A DNA stretch of 64,000 nucleotides from Octopus bimaculoides (taxonomy: Eukaryota). The notes below the pieces were generated by a model. It saw nothing but the letters and a program-made list of their open reading frames with translations. It was not told the origin of the DNA and did no database searches. This document shows positions 1 to 12,973 of this stretch, piece after piece (position 1 is the first letter of the stretch; each line of letters opens with the position of its first letter). The position numbers and the translations under genes were made by a program. The stretch spans positions 85,323,202-85,387,201 of the forward strand of contig NC_068989.1 in assembly GCF_001194135.2 (NCBI RefSeq), written 5' to 3'.

Positions 1-23
1 TCTACTGTCTGTTTTTCAGCCAT
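1..23 (-). CDS. Possible start of a minus-strand gene leaving the window (MAEKQTV...)
   Basis: Reverse complement reads aataacaATGGCTGAAAAACAGACAGTAGA (good Kozak-like context). Positions 1-310 retain many CpGs, which is promoter-like. Only 7 codons are visible. Confidence 0.2.
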
Positions 24-339
24 TGTTATTACGATGAATAATTTTACGGTAAAGTAAGCATGTATCCTATCGGCGACGCCAATAAACTCTGTTATGTTTC
101 CCTCGGACTGACTCGCAGAGATAACATAACGAGTTATACAATTTAATTATTACATACAAAGAACGCACTCACCCAATGTTCGTTATGAATAAACGAAAGT
201 CATGTCCGCCATATATATATCAATGACATTTTACTACGACAGTCCCACAAGACAACAACAATGAAACAATGAACTCAGACGAACCACATGACACACGGAA
301 CGTCAGACAAATTACATATCTAACAGTCCATATAACAAC

Positions 340-1380
340 ATCTTTCATCTATAAAGTTTGTAAGGAGCTAGAGACTGAAGATGGAAACATACCTCTAGTA
401 TCAAAGCCTAAAAAGCATTCTAAACACTCTTAAATCATCAGAACACCTGAATTTATCCAGCAAATTCAAGAGACAATTTATTACAATCCCAGAAAGTCCA
501 TGAGGTCAATTGCAAAAGTGTCAGAAGGAACAGTCAGAAATGTTGTCCACAAAGACATCAGATATATGTGTTATATGATGAGGAAAGGTCAATTTGTGAG
601 AAAAAGCAAAAGAAAATCACTACATCAGATCTAAAAGGCTCTTAAACAAACTGAAAAATCCAGCAGAAGATTTGATTTGGTTTTTCTCAAAGGAGAAAAA
701 CTTCGACTAAGATCAAAAAGTTAACCGAAGAGATGACAGATGGTTATGTGCAAACCCCTCTGAAGTTCCAAGTGTTATTTATGCATACACAATTTTCTGC
801 AACTATCATGGTTTTAGGGGTTGTCAACAACAAAGGACATGTGATGCCTCCTTAGTTCTTTCCACAAGGCCTTAGAGTTAACTCTGTTGCCTACATTGAG
901 ATCCTGGAAATAATTGTTAAGCCCTGGATCGACAGTACATGCAATGGAAGGCCATATGTGTTTCAGTAAGACTCTGCATTATCATACATGGCTCTAGTAA
1001 CACAGGAATGGATGGTTGAAAAATTTTCATGATTACATAACCCCTAACAGTTGGCCTAATCCCCCAGATCTCAATCCATTGGACTATTACATGTGGAGCG
1101 TTGTTGAGAGAGAAGTGAATGAACACGCCCATAACACCAAAGATTCTTTGAAACCTGCCATAGTCAGAGTAATATCCAAAATGAACCAGGACCACTTGAT
1201 TCAAGCATGTACATGATTTAGATCTCATATGGAAGCAGTTGTTGAAGCTGAAGGTGGCTTTATTGAATAACATCATAGAAAAGGTTTATTTTTATCCTCA
1301 TAGCATTTTTTGATAAATAAAGTTATTATATATCTGCTTTTTATAAACATAAATCTGTCTTCAAATATCTTACGCACCCT
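340..1380 (+). mobile_element. Tc1/mariner (maT / DD37D-like) transposase pseudogene
   Basis: Broken frames read SFIYKVCKELETEDGN...IIRTPEFIQQIQETI...WFFS..., KPWIDSTCNGRPYVFQ*DS...WPNPPDLNPLDYY...EAEGGFIE. Spacing from the second to the third D is about 37. Ends ...tcaaatatcttacgcaccct followed by TA repeats. Confidence 0.85.
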
Positions 1381-1391
1381 ATATATATATC

Positions 1392-2050
1392 CAGTGTGCG
1401 ATGGGTAAATTACCGCCATTTTATATTTTTGATTTCATGCATGCGCATTGTTTGTTTTTCCCTTTTGTCAACTACACAGTACAGTCGGGCACTATCTGTG
1501 AGAAAAACAGCACCATGAAGCAATTCACTCTGCCAGAAATTTGGAAACAACATGCTGTACTGTTTGGCATTTGCACCTGAAGCTCCAATACAAACATTTC
1601 AGAGTGTTTAGGTGTCAATCTGAGGACAGTGCAGAGGATTCGGACAGAGTTAGATGAGTCTAATGGTGATTATGAAAGTTTGGTAGCCCGGAAAACTCAC
1701 TCTGATCATTCTGATGAGAAAAGAACTCCTGAATTTGTTGGTGAGATCCAGGCCATGATTGACAACGATCCCTCCTAGTCAATCAGGTCTATCACCAGAC
1801 ACATGGGAGTGTCTGAGTGTCTTATCAGGCAGGTAGTGCATGAAGACATTCAGTATTCCTCACACAAGTTGTGAAAGGGCCAATTTTTATCCCAAGCCAT
1901 AAAAGACAAGAGGAAAGACCATGCTATGAAACTTTCGAACAAACTCAAGCATCCCCTCTAACTAAACATGCTTTGGTTTTTCTCAGACAAGAAAAATTTC
2001 TGCCAGGATCAGATGGTGAATGCAAAGAACAACCTTTGCCTTGTCAAGTA
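1392..2050 (+). mobile_element. Second, 3'-truncated maT-like Tc1/mariner copy (5' half of transposase)
   Basis: ATG at 1516: MKQFTLPEIWKQH...RTPEFVGEIQAMIDNDPS*SIRSI...KGQFLSQ...LWFFSDKKNFCQDQMVN, with in-frame stops. Homologous to the N-terminus of the first copy. Confidence 0.8.
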
Positions 2051-2364
2051 AAGGAGAGGCATCTTTGCCTCCACTGATTGAGTTGCAAAGTGTTGAGTAA
2101 AGTTATTTCATTGCAGACCTCCTTTGAGTCTTTTTATTATCACTGGGTCAGAGATAGTCGCCAGATGGTAGCATTGATTTCAAGGCCTTCCCAGATAAGT
2201 GACTGATCATTCAAAGACACTTATAGATTGCAAATTTATTCTGTCCAGTTACCTATCGGCATAGTGATCATTGGCAAACTCCAGAAGTGACACTTCCATC
2301 TCCCCTTAGGATAATAATGATAATTGTTATATCCTTATGGACAAACGAATACACTGCAACAGTG

Positions 2365-2460
2365 TAATCTATATATATAAAGATGAGAGTGTGTGTCTGT
2401 CTGTGTGAATCCTAAAACTTGAGAACTACACAACGGTTTTCATTCAGATTTTACACATGC
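2365..2460 (+). mobile_element. Possible Helitron/Helentron-like non-autonomous 5' fragment
   Basis: ctatatatataaagatgagagtgtgtgtctgtctgtg...aaacttgagaactacacaacggttttcattcagatttt resembles the layout of DINE-1/Helentron-type elements (recalled pattern, not searched). Confidence 0.3.
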
Positions 2461-3245
2461 CTTACTTCGTGTCATAAACCTATAAAATTTTTTAACTGCA
2501 AAAATAATTGCTAGGGTCTCCTTTTCAATTTAACGAGATCTGTTCTCTGTGACAATTAGTGAGTGCGAAACATGAACCACTGGTTTTAGACTTCTGTCTT
2601 AATATCTAAGAAGTAGAACTGCACCTAATCCATATTTGGAAGCATTAGACGCTACAATGATGTCCATTTCAGGATCGTCATGTGCTAACAAGATAAGAAT
2701 TAAAAAAAATTTTTCTAAAGTGTTCTGGCATTTAACCGACCAATTTCACTTTACTTCCTTTTTTTAATAAGTCTTAACTTGTGCATATTTGGAATGTAGT
2801 TTCTGTAGTGGTTTGCCAGTACAGGAAATGCTTGTAAAGTTGGAATATTTATTGGCGGAGGCATATTCCTTATTGCCTCTGCCCTCAATGGGTCAGGGCG
2901 TTTACCACTTTTATCAATTATTTGCCCTAAGTACTTAATTTGGAGTAGAAAGAATTTGCATTTTTCTTCACTCAAATTGAACCCGAAAACTTGAATCTTC
3001 TTAAACACAGCTTTTATGTGTTCCACATGCCGTTCACGAGAATTACTCTTGATCAAAATATCGTCCAAGTACGGGATTGCAAATTCACAATCAGATAACA
3101 TAGAATCCATGATTTTCTGGAATATTGCTGGTGCCACTTTTAATCCAAGATAATTGCTGTGTGTATTTATTGTCAAATACTTTGACCATTTTTCATTTTC
3201 TTTTATCTGTAAATAGGCTTGAGACAGATCTCAAAATATAAAGTA
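2455..3245 (-). mobile_element. Ty3/gypsy LTR retrotransposon pol relic (RT + RNase H)
   Basis: DLSQAYLQ...KYLTINTH...APAIFQKIMD...PYLDDILI...KCKFF...IKYLG (RT, YxDD motif), followed by ...YGLGAVL...EKETLAIIFAVKKFYRF (RNase H). Frameshifted. Confidence 0.9.
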
Positions 3246-3939
3246 TTTTTGTATGTTGCTTGATGTTGCTTTGAAAAAATACCTGTAATCTTTTCCAATA
3301 CTGTATAATGTAAGTAATGGGTGGAAAATCTGCATTCATTTAATGCAAAAGAATGTTGCAATGGAGTATGACCGTTATCTGTTTTGATCCCGTTTTCAAA
3401 CTACCACCATCCTCACCATCACTCTCCTTCTTTATGATTTTCACTTCCGGTGTCTTTTATTCCACTTTGCCAGAGAGGGAGAAAGAAAGATAAAACAATT
3501 AAAAACTGAAGGAGAAAGAAAAACAGTTTGATGTCACAAAAACATACCACTGCTATCATTACCATTGTTCTTCTTTTCTCTCTGCATATCTTCATATATA
3601 TCTTTCATTCTCTATTTTTCTCATTGTTCCACCATTAGAGAGAAACAGAGAGAAATTGACACTGCTATTCCATTACAACTTTTTATCTTTCTATGTTATG
3701 TCTTCTTTCTTGACAGAGGGTTGGATATGTTTGAGTGAGATTTGGCAGCTATTTCTTCAAAATAACTGTTATGCAAAACTTCTCAAGTTGGCAGATAATT
3801 TTGTATATGGTTTTGTGAACATTCATTTTGTAGCTTCTGAATGCAAGGGAGGCATATACACACATAATTTACACACACCAGTTTAGTGTTATTCTGTTAT
3901 TCAAAGTAGCAAGAGAATGACTTGACCAACATGAAAATA

Positions 3940-3974
<35 letters not shown>

Positions 3975-4297
3975 TACATACAGATGTATGTAGATACATA
4001 CATACATGCAGGCATATATGTACTCATGTACGTAAAAACTAGTTGAAGTCAGTTAATTGCCAAACATATGCAACATTCGCAAAATTTAAATTGAGGAAAG
4101 AAGCCCTTGAAACCACTTAAAACAAAAATAATATTGAGTTTTCTTGATTAAACTCAAGACCAAATTTTACAGTGGTTGGGATGCAGTCATCGAAACTGAC
4201 TGTCAGTACAATACTGGGTACATATAAGAAAACACAACTGCTATGTGGTCACTCAGCCTGCTAGAAATAGCAACCAAATCTCTCACAAATCACATTC

Positions 4298-4513
4298 TAC
4301 AAGGGTGTGCTGAAAAGTTCCTGGCTTTGGGTAAAAGAAAATACAGGAGGATCAGTTAATTATGATTTTATCCAACATAATCCCTTCTTAGATTTACACA
4401 TTTATTGTAGTGGTCCTTCAGTTTTTCTAAGCTCTGTAGAAGAACTCGGAAGGTTGGGCCTCCAGCTAGGCCTTTCACAATGCCCTTAAAACCAGGAACT
4501 TTTCAGCACCCCA
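4298..4513 (-). mobile_element. Mariner-derived MITE
   Basis: TIRs gggtgtgctgaaaagttcctgg / ccaggaacttttcagcaccc. Same family as 17211-17432 in the opposite orientation. The interior is a mariner transposase C-terminal remnant. Confidence 0.75.
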
Positions 4514-4752
4514 TTATATGATCTTGAAAGAAGGAAGGACATATTGATCAAACATTGTTCTTGCAATAATGTTTCGAATCAGTCCAAAAATGCTTCAATG
4601 GTCATTCATTTTAGTGATGAAGTTTTCAGGAGGATTTTCAAAGCATTTTCATTTTCAGGACTCCATGGGGTGGGAGGATAAACAACATCATTGAAAGAAT
4701 CACTATGTAACCTTGTTTTAATTCTTTTTTTTTTTTGTCTTTTTCTGCACAG

Positions 4753-5147
4753 GCTCCCAAGATGTTGCCCAGAGTCTGGAAACGCTTAATAAACATAACG
4801 TGACACACATCCTGAATGTCGCAACTGGAGTTGAAAACCTCTATCCAGAGAAATTCACATACAAATCCATCAAGGTCTATGACCTGCCAGACACCAAAAT
4901 CGTTGACATCTTTGATGAAGCTTTTGCCTTTATAGAAGAGGGACGTAGCTCCGGTTGTGTACTGGTGCACTGCAATGCAGGCATATCTCGTGCTGCTTCT
5001 ATTGTTATCGGTTACCTGATGAAGACTGAGGGCATGAGTTTCTCTGACAGTTTCTGGTATGTGAAAGGAAAACGACCGGTTGTTCACCCAAACTTCGGTT
5101 TTGTTGACCAACTACGTGACTATGAAATATTCTTACGGCAAAACTAA
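4753..5147 (+). CDS. DUSP19: Dual-specificity protein phosphatase 19-like, terminal coding exon
   Basis: Strong acceptor ttttctgcacag| (phase 1). Reads (G)[23 protein letters not shown]...YDLPDT...[21 protein letters not shown]...[14 protein letters not shown], with the HCxxGxxR active site; TAA at 5145-5147. SQD-x-A, DLP and HCNAG-SRA match DUSP19. The upstream exon was not found. Confidence 0.85.
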
Positions 5148-6198
5148 ACCTTGGTTTCAAAATATCAACATTATCAACAACAACAAAATCCTCATTGCAT
5201 ATTTTACCTGTTAGAACAAGGACTTAGAAGCTGCTGTTTTCATGATACATCATAATCTTAGTTATCTTTCAGTCTGATCATCATTTCTAACTTCAAATCC
5301 CACCAGCATCAGCTTTGACTTTTTCCCCTCCAGCAATCAAATTACTATACTAGTAATATACAGGAGTCATTTGATTCTACATACTTCCTTTTTATATAAA
5401 CAAGCTTTCTTTAGGCCGAAAACATAGAACAGACTAACACTGTATACTAATACTGTCTTTTGTTAAGAAGGCAGTGAGCTGGCAGAATTGTTAGTTTGCT
5501 GGACAAAACGCTGAGTGGCAATACATCTATCTTTATATTCTGAGTTCAAATTCTACCGAGGCTGCCTTTTCCTCTTATCCTTTTTTGGGGTCAGTAAAAT
5601 AGGTAGTAGTTGAGCACTGAGTTTGATGTAGTTGCTGGCCTTGTGCCATACTTTGAAACTAGTATTGCCTGTTGATAACTATTTTGAGTTCTGGCCACCA
5701 TCCCACTACAATTCATGTATTTGTGGATGTCCTTACCTGACATGACTCTTTTTGCTGGGGTAAGGTGGGTAGAACTGAACTCTACAGTTCTTAACATGGG
5801 GTAGGATAAAATGGAGGTGAGGAGATAGTTTAGTTGAGACATAAAATAATTTACTTTGAAATCTAAAAATAAATTGAATTCCTGATTTAAAATTATGTAA
5901 AACCTGTATCTGGAATTATTCATAGATCTTATTAATCAAATAATTAGATAACAGCAGCAAGCTGACAGAATCGTTAGCGATCATTAGCTTTTCTTCCTGC
6001 TCTCTATGTTCTGAGTTCAAATTTCACTCTGGTCAACTTTGCCTGTCATTCTTTCTGGGTCAATATAATTGACTAACTCTCTCTCTCTACCAAATTCCAA
6101 GGCCTTGTGCTTATAGTACAAAGAATTAATCAGATATTTACATGTCTTGACTGTATTTAATTGTTAGAGAACCCTTTCTCGTAGACATTGTGTTAGAG

Positions 6199-6229
<31 letters not shown>

Positions 6230-7171
6230 TAGCCATGGATCAACTCTGATGTAGCAGAATTGGCTGGTGATCTATAAAAAAAATATATATATTCCAGCCA
6301 CAATCTACCCTTTTAGGCCTATATCTAAGATTTTTTAAGATGGTAGGGTGTGATTTTAGGCAGAGTCAGCTTCTATTTCTTGCAGCTTGAGCAACCACGT
6401 AGAATCTTTTCTGATTGAATTGCTTAATTTGCAGTTGAAGTGTGAAGTGTTTGTTGGGTTGCATTCTTCAGATTTAACCCTTAACCTTCTTAATACAAAC
6501 CCACCCAAAACTGCCCTTTGTTCTATGATGAAATTCCTTGTTTTAAACTGATCTAAACATAAACCAACATCAAAATTCCATGATAATTTATATTCCAAAC
6601 ACCTGTTTAATTAGCATCAAAGTTGTTTTACTAAATTCTTCTATATTTTCAAAATAAATTAATTGAAACAAAGGCAATGTCTTCAACAGAAATATGGTAA
6701 TGAAAGGGTTAGCTATATCTGACCCAAATAATCTACCTGCTTTGTGTTCAAACCAGACAGATCTGGCCTCTCATATCTACCCTGCAATGCCATTCTAAAA
6801 ATAAACAATCACATCATTGAAATCTTAAAGCTACAAGATAATATATGATTAATTCAAAACAATGTGAATAACTAAGCATTACATTTGATAGAATTACCCG
6901 AATGCTAAAGGATTAAGGGATAAGAATAATGGAGGAACCACTAATGTTGAGATCCCCCAACTCCGTGATGCCAACTACCTAATGGTATGGTATGTGTAGG
7001 TGTCTGGACACCACTGAACACTTTGGAGCAGGTCAGCTTGAGGGTGTTCATCCTTCAACAGACTACAGCCCAATGATAGCTTAGCTGACCAAAACTTCAA
7101 AGTTACTGTCAATAGTGTTCTTGTTTAAGAATAATTAATAAATAAATAAATATATATATATGTGTGTGTAT

Positions 7172-7565
7172 GTAGGCATGGTTGTGTGGTAAGAAGCTTG
7201 CTTTCCGACAACATGGTTCTGGGTTCAGTCCCAATGTGTTGCACCTTGGGCAAGTGTCTTCTACTATAGCCTCAGGCCGATCAAAGCCTTGTGAGTGTAT
7301 TTGGTAGACGGAAACTGAAAGAAACCCGTCGTATATATATGTGTGTCTTTGTGTCTGAGCTTGTACCCCAACTATTACTTGAACAAGACAACCAGTGTTT
7401 GTGTGTTTATGTCCCCTGTAACTTAGTGATCCATCAAAAGAGAGCAATAGAATAAGAACTAGGCTTAAAAGGAATAAGTCCTGGGGTCGATTTCTTCAAC
7501 TAAAACTCTTTAAGATGGTGTGCTAGCATGGCCACAGTCAAATGACTGAAACAAGTAAAAGAATT
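7172..7565 (+). mobile_element. tRNA-derived SINE family A, near full length
   Basis: gtgtggtaagaagcttgcttcc...ggttcagtccca head, internal (TA/TG)n, gtaaaaga tail. About 15 or more copies or fragments in the window (e.g. 11115, 15100, 24632, 30255, 38060, 49709, 51982, 53044). Confidence 0.8.
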
Positions 7566-8089
7566 GAAGAACACACACACACACACAGATTGATAGATAG
7601 AATAGCACAAATGAAATGAGGGGAATAAGAGATGGACAGTTGGACAATGTGAGAGATTACAATCGGGAGACAAAAATTGAAAAAGGCAGTGGGCAAAGTA
7701 TAAGCACACAGAAATTAACATCAGAAATTATGCACAATGAATAATCCACTGGAAAAAGAAAAAGTAGATTAGCATTTCAACAGGTAAATCCATAATCAAA
7801 GAAAGAAACAATACCTGTTTGAAGCACACATGTACCTTTTGACATGATGTGTGTGTGTGTGTGTGTATATGAATGTATGTATATCATTTAATGAAAACAA
7901 GAGATATACGTGAACTATTTCAAGTTTCATGTTCAGATAGTGCTTACCATACAATCCATCAATTGACAATGGCTACTCCTTGTGTATTATATATATATAT
8001 ATATAACCAGCCTATTTAAGAGTACCCTTCAATAATTGGACAATAAACTATGCTTGCGAAGACCTGTTGAGGTAAGTGAAGTCGCTGTC

Positions 8090-8495
8090 GTGGCCGATGA
8101 CAGTACTGCCTGATTGGCACCCATGCCAGTGGAATGTTAAAAGCACCATTTAAGCGTGATTGTTGCTTGCCAGGGCTGCTGACTGGCTCCTGTGCCAGTG
8201 GCACGTAAAAAAAGCACCATTCGAGCATGGTTGTTGCCAGTACTGCTGGACTGGCTCCTGTGCAGGTGGCATGTAAAAAGCACCGATGCCAGTACCGCCC
8301 AACTGGCCCTCGTGCCAGTGGCACATAAAAGCACCTACTACACTCTCAGAGTGCTTGGCATTAGGAAGGGCAACCAGCTGTAGAAACTTTGACAGATCAG
8401 ATTGGAGACTGGTGCAGCCTTCTGGCTTGCCAGCCCTCAGTCAAACTGTGCAACCCATGCCAGCATGGAAAGCCGACGTTAAACAATGATGATGA
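8090..8495 (+). mobile_element. Dispersed repeat family C (SINE/RTE-like, (GAT)n tail, internal gtggcacgtaaaaagcacc subrepeats)
   Basis: ttaggaagggcatccagctgtagaaac...ggacgttaaacgatgatgatg. Copies at 16676, 28195, 32125, 32540, 35371, 37190, 37481, 41460, 60440 and 61120. This family is the source of many spurious ORFs (MAEFLQLDALPNANHSE). Confidence 0.8.
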
Positions 8496-8940
8496 TGAAA
8501 ATATATATATATATGTGTGTGTGTGTCTGTTTTCTTTTGTCATATTTAAAGTGAATCTAATCACCCTAACACTTAAAATTTCATGAAGGGCTAACGAGAC
8601 ATTTATTGATGTTTTGTTTTTAATTATGCAGTTGGAAGAAGGAGATGAAAGGATAGTTTTGCCCATCACCTTTACAATTCTTGGGTACAAGGGAGTGAGA
8701 GTTTATGTGGTTGCCCAATCTGCTGGAAAAAGCAGCTAAATTTTCTTTCAACCTTAAAAAGGAGAACACACATCAGATAATGTAGTCAACATCAAAACTA
8801 AGACAGGGTGGTCATGGCTTGAATACTTTGGTGCTAAACAACTACAGCAACAACAATCCTTCCCAGATTGATGTGGTTGATGTTCAGTTTGAATTTTTGT
8901 AAGTTGTCCATAGAAAAGATGAAGGAGCTCCATGGTGGTT

Positions 8941-8963
8941 GGGTTGGGTTAGGGTGGGGTGGG
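8941..8963 (+). other. G-quadruplex-forming motif
   Basis: GGGttGGGttaGGGtGGGGtGGG: five G-tracts with 1-3 nt loops. Confidence 0.6.
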
Positions 8964-9109
8964 TTGATACAATTTTGTAGAAGAAAGGTTGGACATTGCA
9001 TTCAGTGCAAGGCTTGTCAGAACAAGATAGGAATATGGCAGGAAAAGATGTAGGTGTATAAAGTAGATTTGCTAGGACAGGGGCTAGTACATAGCTTGTT
9101 ACTTTAGAT

Positions 9110-9388
9110 CAGTGGTTTTCAACCATCTTTTGTCTATGCCCCCCCCCCCTTGATTCCCATTTTGCTCTACTGGACCTCCATAGCTATTCATCATCATCAT
9201 CACAACATGGGGTCCTAAAAAAATCCTACTGTAATTTTATAATTAAAAATCATTTGGAATTGTATTTAAGAAATATATTGTATGAATATAAGCAATTTAT
9301 TGCACAGAAATTTTAATAACAAAATCTTTTATGGACACCCCCCCCCCCACCGTTTAGGGCCATATGAACCCCCAGTTGAGAACCACTG
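9110..9388. mobile_element. hAT-type MITE
   Basis: TIRs cagtggttttcaacc / gttgagaaccactg. Degenerate 8-bp TSD ctttagat / ctttaaag. Confidence 0.65.
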
Positions 9389-9645
9389 CTTTAAAGACTC
9401 AAGAATTGTAGTTGAGGGGAAGAGACAAAGAGGGGATACAGCTTGTTGATTGAAGATTTATGATGCCACATAGCGTTTTACTTCAGGAGAGTAGGATGAG
9501 TTATAATGGAGTTAGAAGAGATAGTAGTAGAACTATGGAATTGTTGTATTTTAATATTTATCAATCAGTCAGAGAAGACACAGCTTCTTTGAATATTTTA
9601 AGCCCCCAGGACTAAATGAGATCAATGCTTATATAGCATTGGATG

Positions 9646-10566
9646 GGGATTGCAAAGATATCATGTTATCGTCAACGCTACTAACATTTGTAGCTCAAGT
9701 CTAAGTTACCCCATCAAAAAGGTTCCTATGAACAGCATTTTTAATATAGAACAATTCCAAATGGAAATCTCTCTATCAATCTTTTCCAAAAGATTGCTTA
9801 TCAACTAAAAAATATTTGTATAGTCTCTTGGTTATGGATACCATCAGTGTACGGAAGAATAAAGAGAAGTACTGGTTGGTATCATTTTCATGCATGTATG
9901 TACATGTGGTGAAAAAAAATAGGGAGATATAACCGAACCTTGATGTACACCAGAGCTGACAGAATGGCGGTTGAAGAAAGCTCTGCCAACACAAGTTGTA
10001 ATAAATAGTTTTGCTGAAAACTTGCTCTTAGAAATTAGTTAGATGAAGCTTATATTAGTCAGCAACTTTGCTAGGATGTTCTTTTGTGAGACATGGTCAA
10101 AAGTTTGCACCAAAATTCTCAGTGGCAAAAGACTATAGAAGATCTGATTCTTTGGTAAATTTGATTTTATAGGAACTATAAGACTTATCTCTGGCCTTTA
10201 AATACTGTGTTCAGCTGTCACCTTTTAGCTGTCTCAGATAACCCATGTTCATCTCTAGTTACCACAGATGGATAGCTATTATCAAACACCATCCAAATTT
10301 TAATGAGATAACTGGTTGTATTAACCCTTAATAAGAATGAGGGGGGGGGTGTTTTTTTACGATAGCTTAGTTAAAAAGGGTAGTGACCATTGTCCTTATG
10401 GAGTTCCCATGGTTTGAGGAGGGATTGCAAAGATATCATGTTATCATCAATGCTACTAACATTTGTAGCTCATGTCGAAGTTACCCCATCAAAAAGGTTT
10501 CTATGAACAGCATTTTCACTATAGAACAATTCCAAATGGAAATCTCTCAACCAATCTTTCCCAAAA
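9646..10566. repeat. Direct repeat pair of about 145 bp (9646-9790 and 10421-10566)
   Basis: gggattgcaaagatatcatgttatc...aatggaaatctct...aatctttcc occurs twice, roughly 90% identical by eye. Confidence 0.85.
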
Positions 10567-12973
10567 TACTCTCTTCCTTGCCAAGTTCTCTCCAAGACTT
10601 TCAAATCTCAAGTCATTCTGCCATGTAACTGAAATTGCAACATTAGACTCATACTGGGGGGCAACCACAACAGTAAAACACTGACAGCAGGGTTTACTTG
10701 TGTTTTCTATATTTCTGTTTAAAATATATCCTGGCGGGGCCCAAAATGTGGATTTTGAAGATTAAACTATCTAAAAACTAACATAAATGGTTCCAAGAAT
10801 ATCCTTTTTTCCTTCCTGTACACATAGCTTCCAGCTTAATTCACATGTCTATTACTTCAACAAAGCTAACTTCAGATATTTTTGCTCCAGGTGTTTGGTA
10901 TATGTGATGCAGATTTGGTGGCTTTCATCATGTCAGCTTGGATTTCTATGCTTTAGTTATATAAAAATAAAACTGGCTTTATTTTCTACTGTATTTTGTT
11001 TTCTTTTTCTTTTTAATTCATTGGACTAGTTTGTAGTATGTCATATCTACTGAATAATTTGGTTTCGGGTTTTGGGTTTTAAAAAATTTTTGTGACATGT
11101 TTTGTGCCATAGTTGCAAGTGTGGCTGTGTGGTAAGAAGCTTGCTTCCCAACCACATGGTTCCAGGTTCAGTCCCACTGTGTGGCACCTTGGGCAACTGC
11201 CTTTTACTTTAGCCTCAAGTCAACCAAAGCCTTTTGAGCGGATTTACAGGTGGTAGGCAAACTGAAAGAAGCGTATTCAGACCAGAAGGCTATGTGTTTG
11301 TCAGTCACCAGTATAACAATGAAAAAATGTGATGTTAAATGAATGAGAAATGTAATTTTTAGTTTTAGTTCTTTATCTGTTTACAAGGAACACCACTGTC
11401 CCAAGAAAAGAAAGCAAAGTGATATTGATGAGTACTGTTCATAGCAGTAAAATGTGCGTTCAGGAAGAAGCAAAAATATCTCTGTGGAAATGGTGTGTTA
11501 GTATTGACAGTTCTTTTTATGACACATTTTGACAGTCAATCTGCGGAGACCAGAATTTGCTGTCTGTCATGCTTCACTGCCAACATCAGTAAATCCTTGA
11601 CATACAATCTGTTAAACCATTTGTCTTTTGTCTTCAGATCTAGTCCTTTTATTGAATTCTAGAACAAATCTGACAGAATGGATCTGTGATGACATCATCA
11701 TCATTTAACATCCACTTTTTCATGTTTGCATGGATTGAATAGAATTTGGTGTGGCAGATTTTATCCAGTCAGACACCCTTCCTACAGTCAAACCTCACCT
11801 ATTTCCAAGTTAGGTGATAATTCCACAAGACCAATTATTTTTTTAATGGAGGATTGGAAACAAAGGACATTGCTTGCAAAAAAGTGACACCTGTTTACAA
11901 CCATCACTTGATCTCAAAGCGAGGAGACAATTAATGCAGATACACAAACACACATATACATACACATAAGATGGGCTTCTTTTAGTTTCTGTCAACCAAA
12001 TCTACTCATAAGGCTTTGGATACCTTGGGGTTATAGAAGACATTTGCCTAAGATGCCACACAGTGAGACTGAACCAGAAATCAATGTGGTTGGAGGCAAA
12101 CTTCTCAACCACAAGCCATGCCTGCTTGAAATTCACCCCCCATCATCTATCTCTTCACTAGGAAGTAATATAATAGCAATAAGTTTCTGAACACCGGTGA
12201 AGGAAAAGATTGCCTTTGTTTATTAGAATTATGTCTGAAAAATTTAGAATCAGGGAAAAGTCATTTGAAAATTTCAGAAAAATTAATATTTAATGGATTT
12301 TCAATAGAACATATTATCTAATTACTTTATGCATAGTTTTAAATGTGTTTCCTCGCAAAATTTTGACATTTCCCCTGACTAAATTTCCATTTACTTGAAT
12401 GTACTTATTACTTTGGACCTCAACGCCTAATGGAACCGTAGAGCTCCGTCGTGATATATGGCGTGTCTAGGGCAGTTTTCTTTTTTAACTTGTGGGAGCT
12501 CATGTCTCTTCACAGTTAATTTCTCTCAGAAAGAAAGGGAAGAAGAGACAGACAGGACGAAACAAGAGTAGAATGGATTTATTTATTGACTTGGGAAGAA
12601 TGAATGGTAAAGTTGCCTCGCTAGGATTTGAACTTAGAACGTAAACAAGGTAATCTATCAGACGCTATAACGATAGCGAATTCGTTACTTTTACCACCAA
12701 CACAATAGAGGGAAAATATCAACGACATTGTAATTCAAACAAATCTCGCAGAATAACAGTAATTAACGAGATTCTCGTCTGTTGTACGAGATTTGTGTCA
12801 GTCGCTCTTGACTTCATTACAGACGAAAGAAGCTTCATTGATCAACGCACTTTTACATTAACTGTCCTATATTTGTCTATCTAATACATTATTATACACG
12901 CACACACTGCTGTATATATTATACACCCATATTTATATATAACTACCCTATTACATTATACACAAAGCAGCAG

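Noticed and set aside
269-359. MNSDEP...SFIYKV with a gtaagg donor in the right phase as DUSP19 exon 1
   Set aside because: The same frame continues straight into the mariner transposase (SFIYKVCKELETEDGN), so the donor is TE sequence.
4168-4210. gatg-cagt-catc-GAAAC...GTC resembling a hammerhead 3' half
   Set aside because: The required CTGANGA upstream is absent (tggttgg).
4638-5111. 157-aa minus-strand ORF
   Set aside because: Antisense shadow of the DUSP19 exon.
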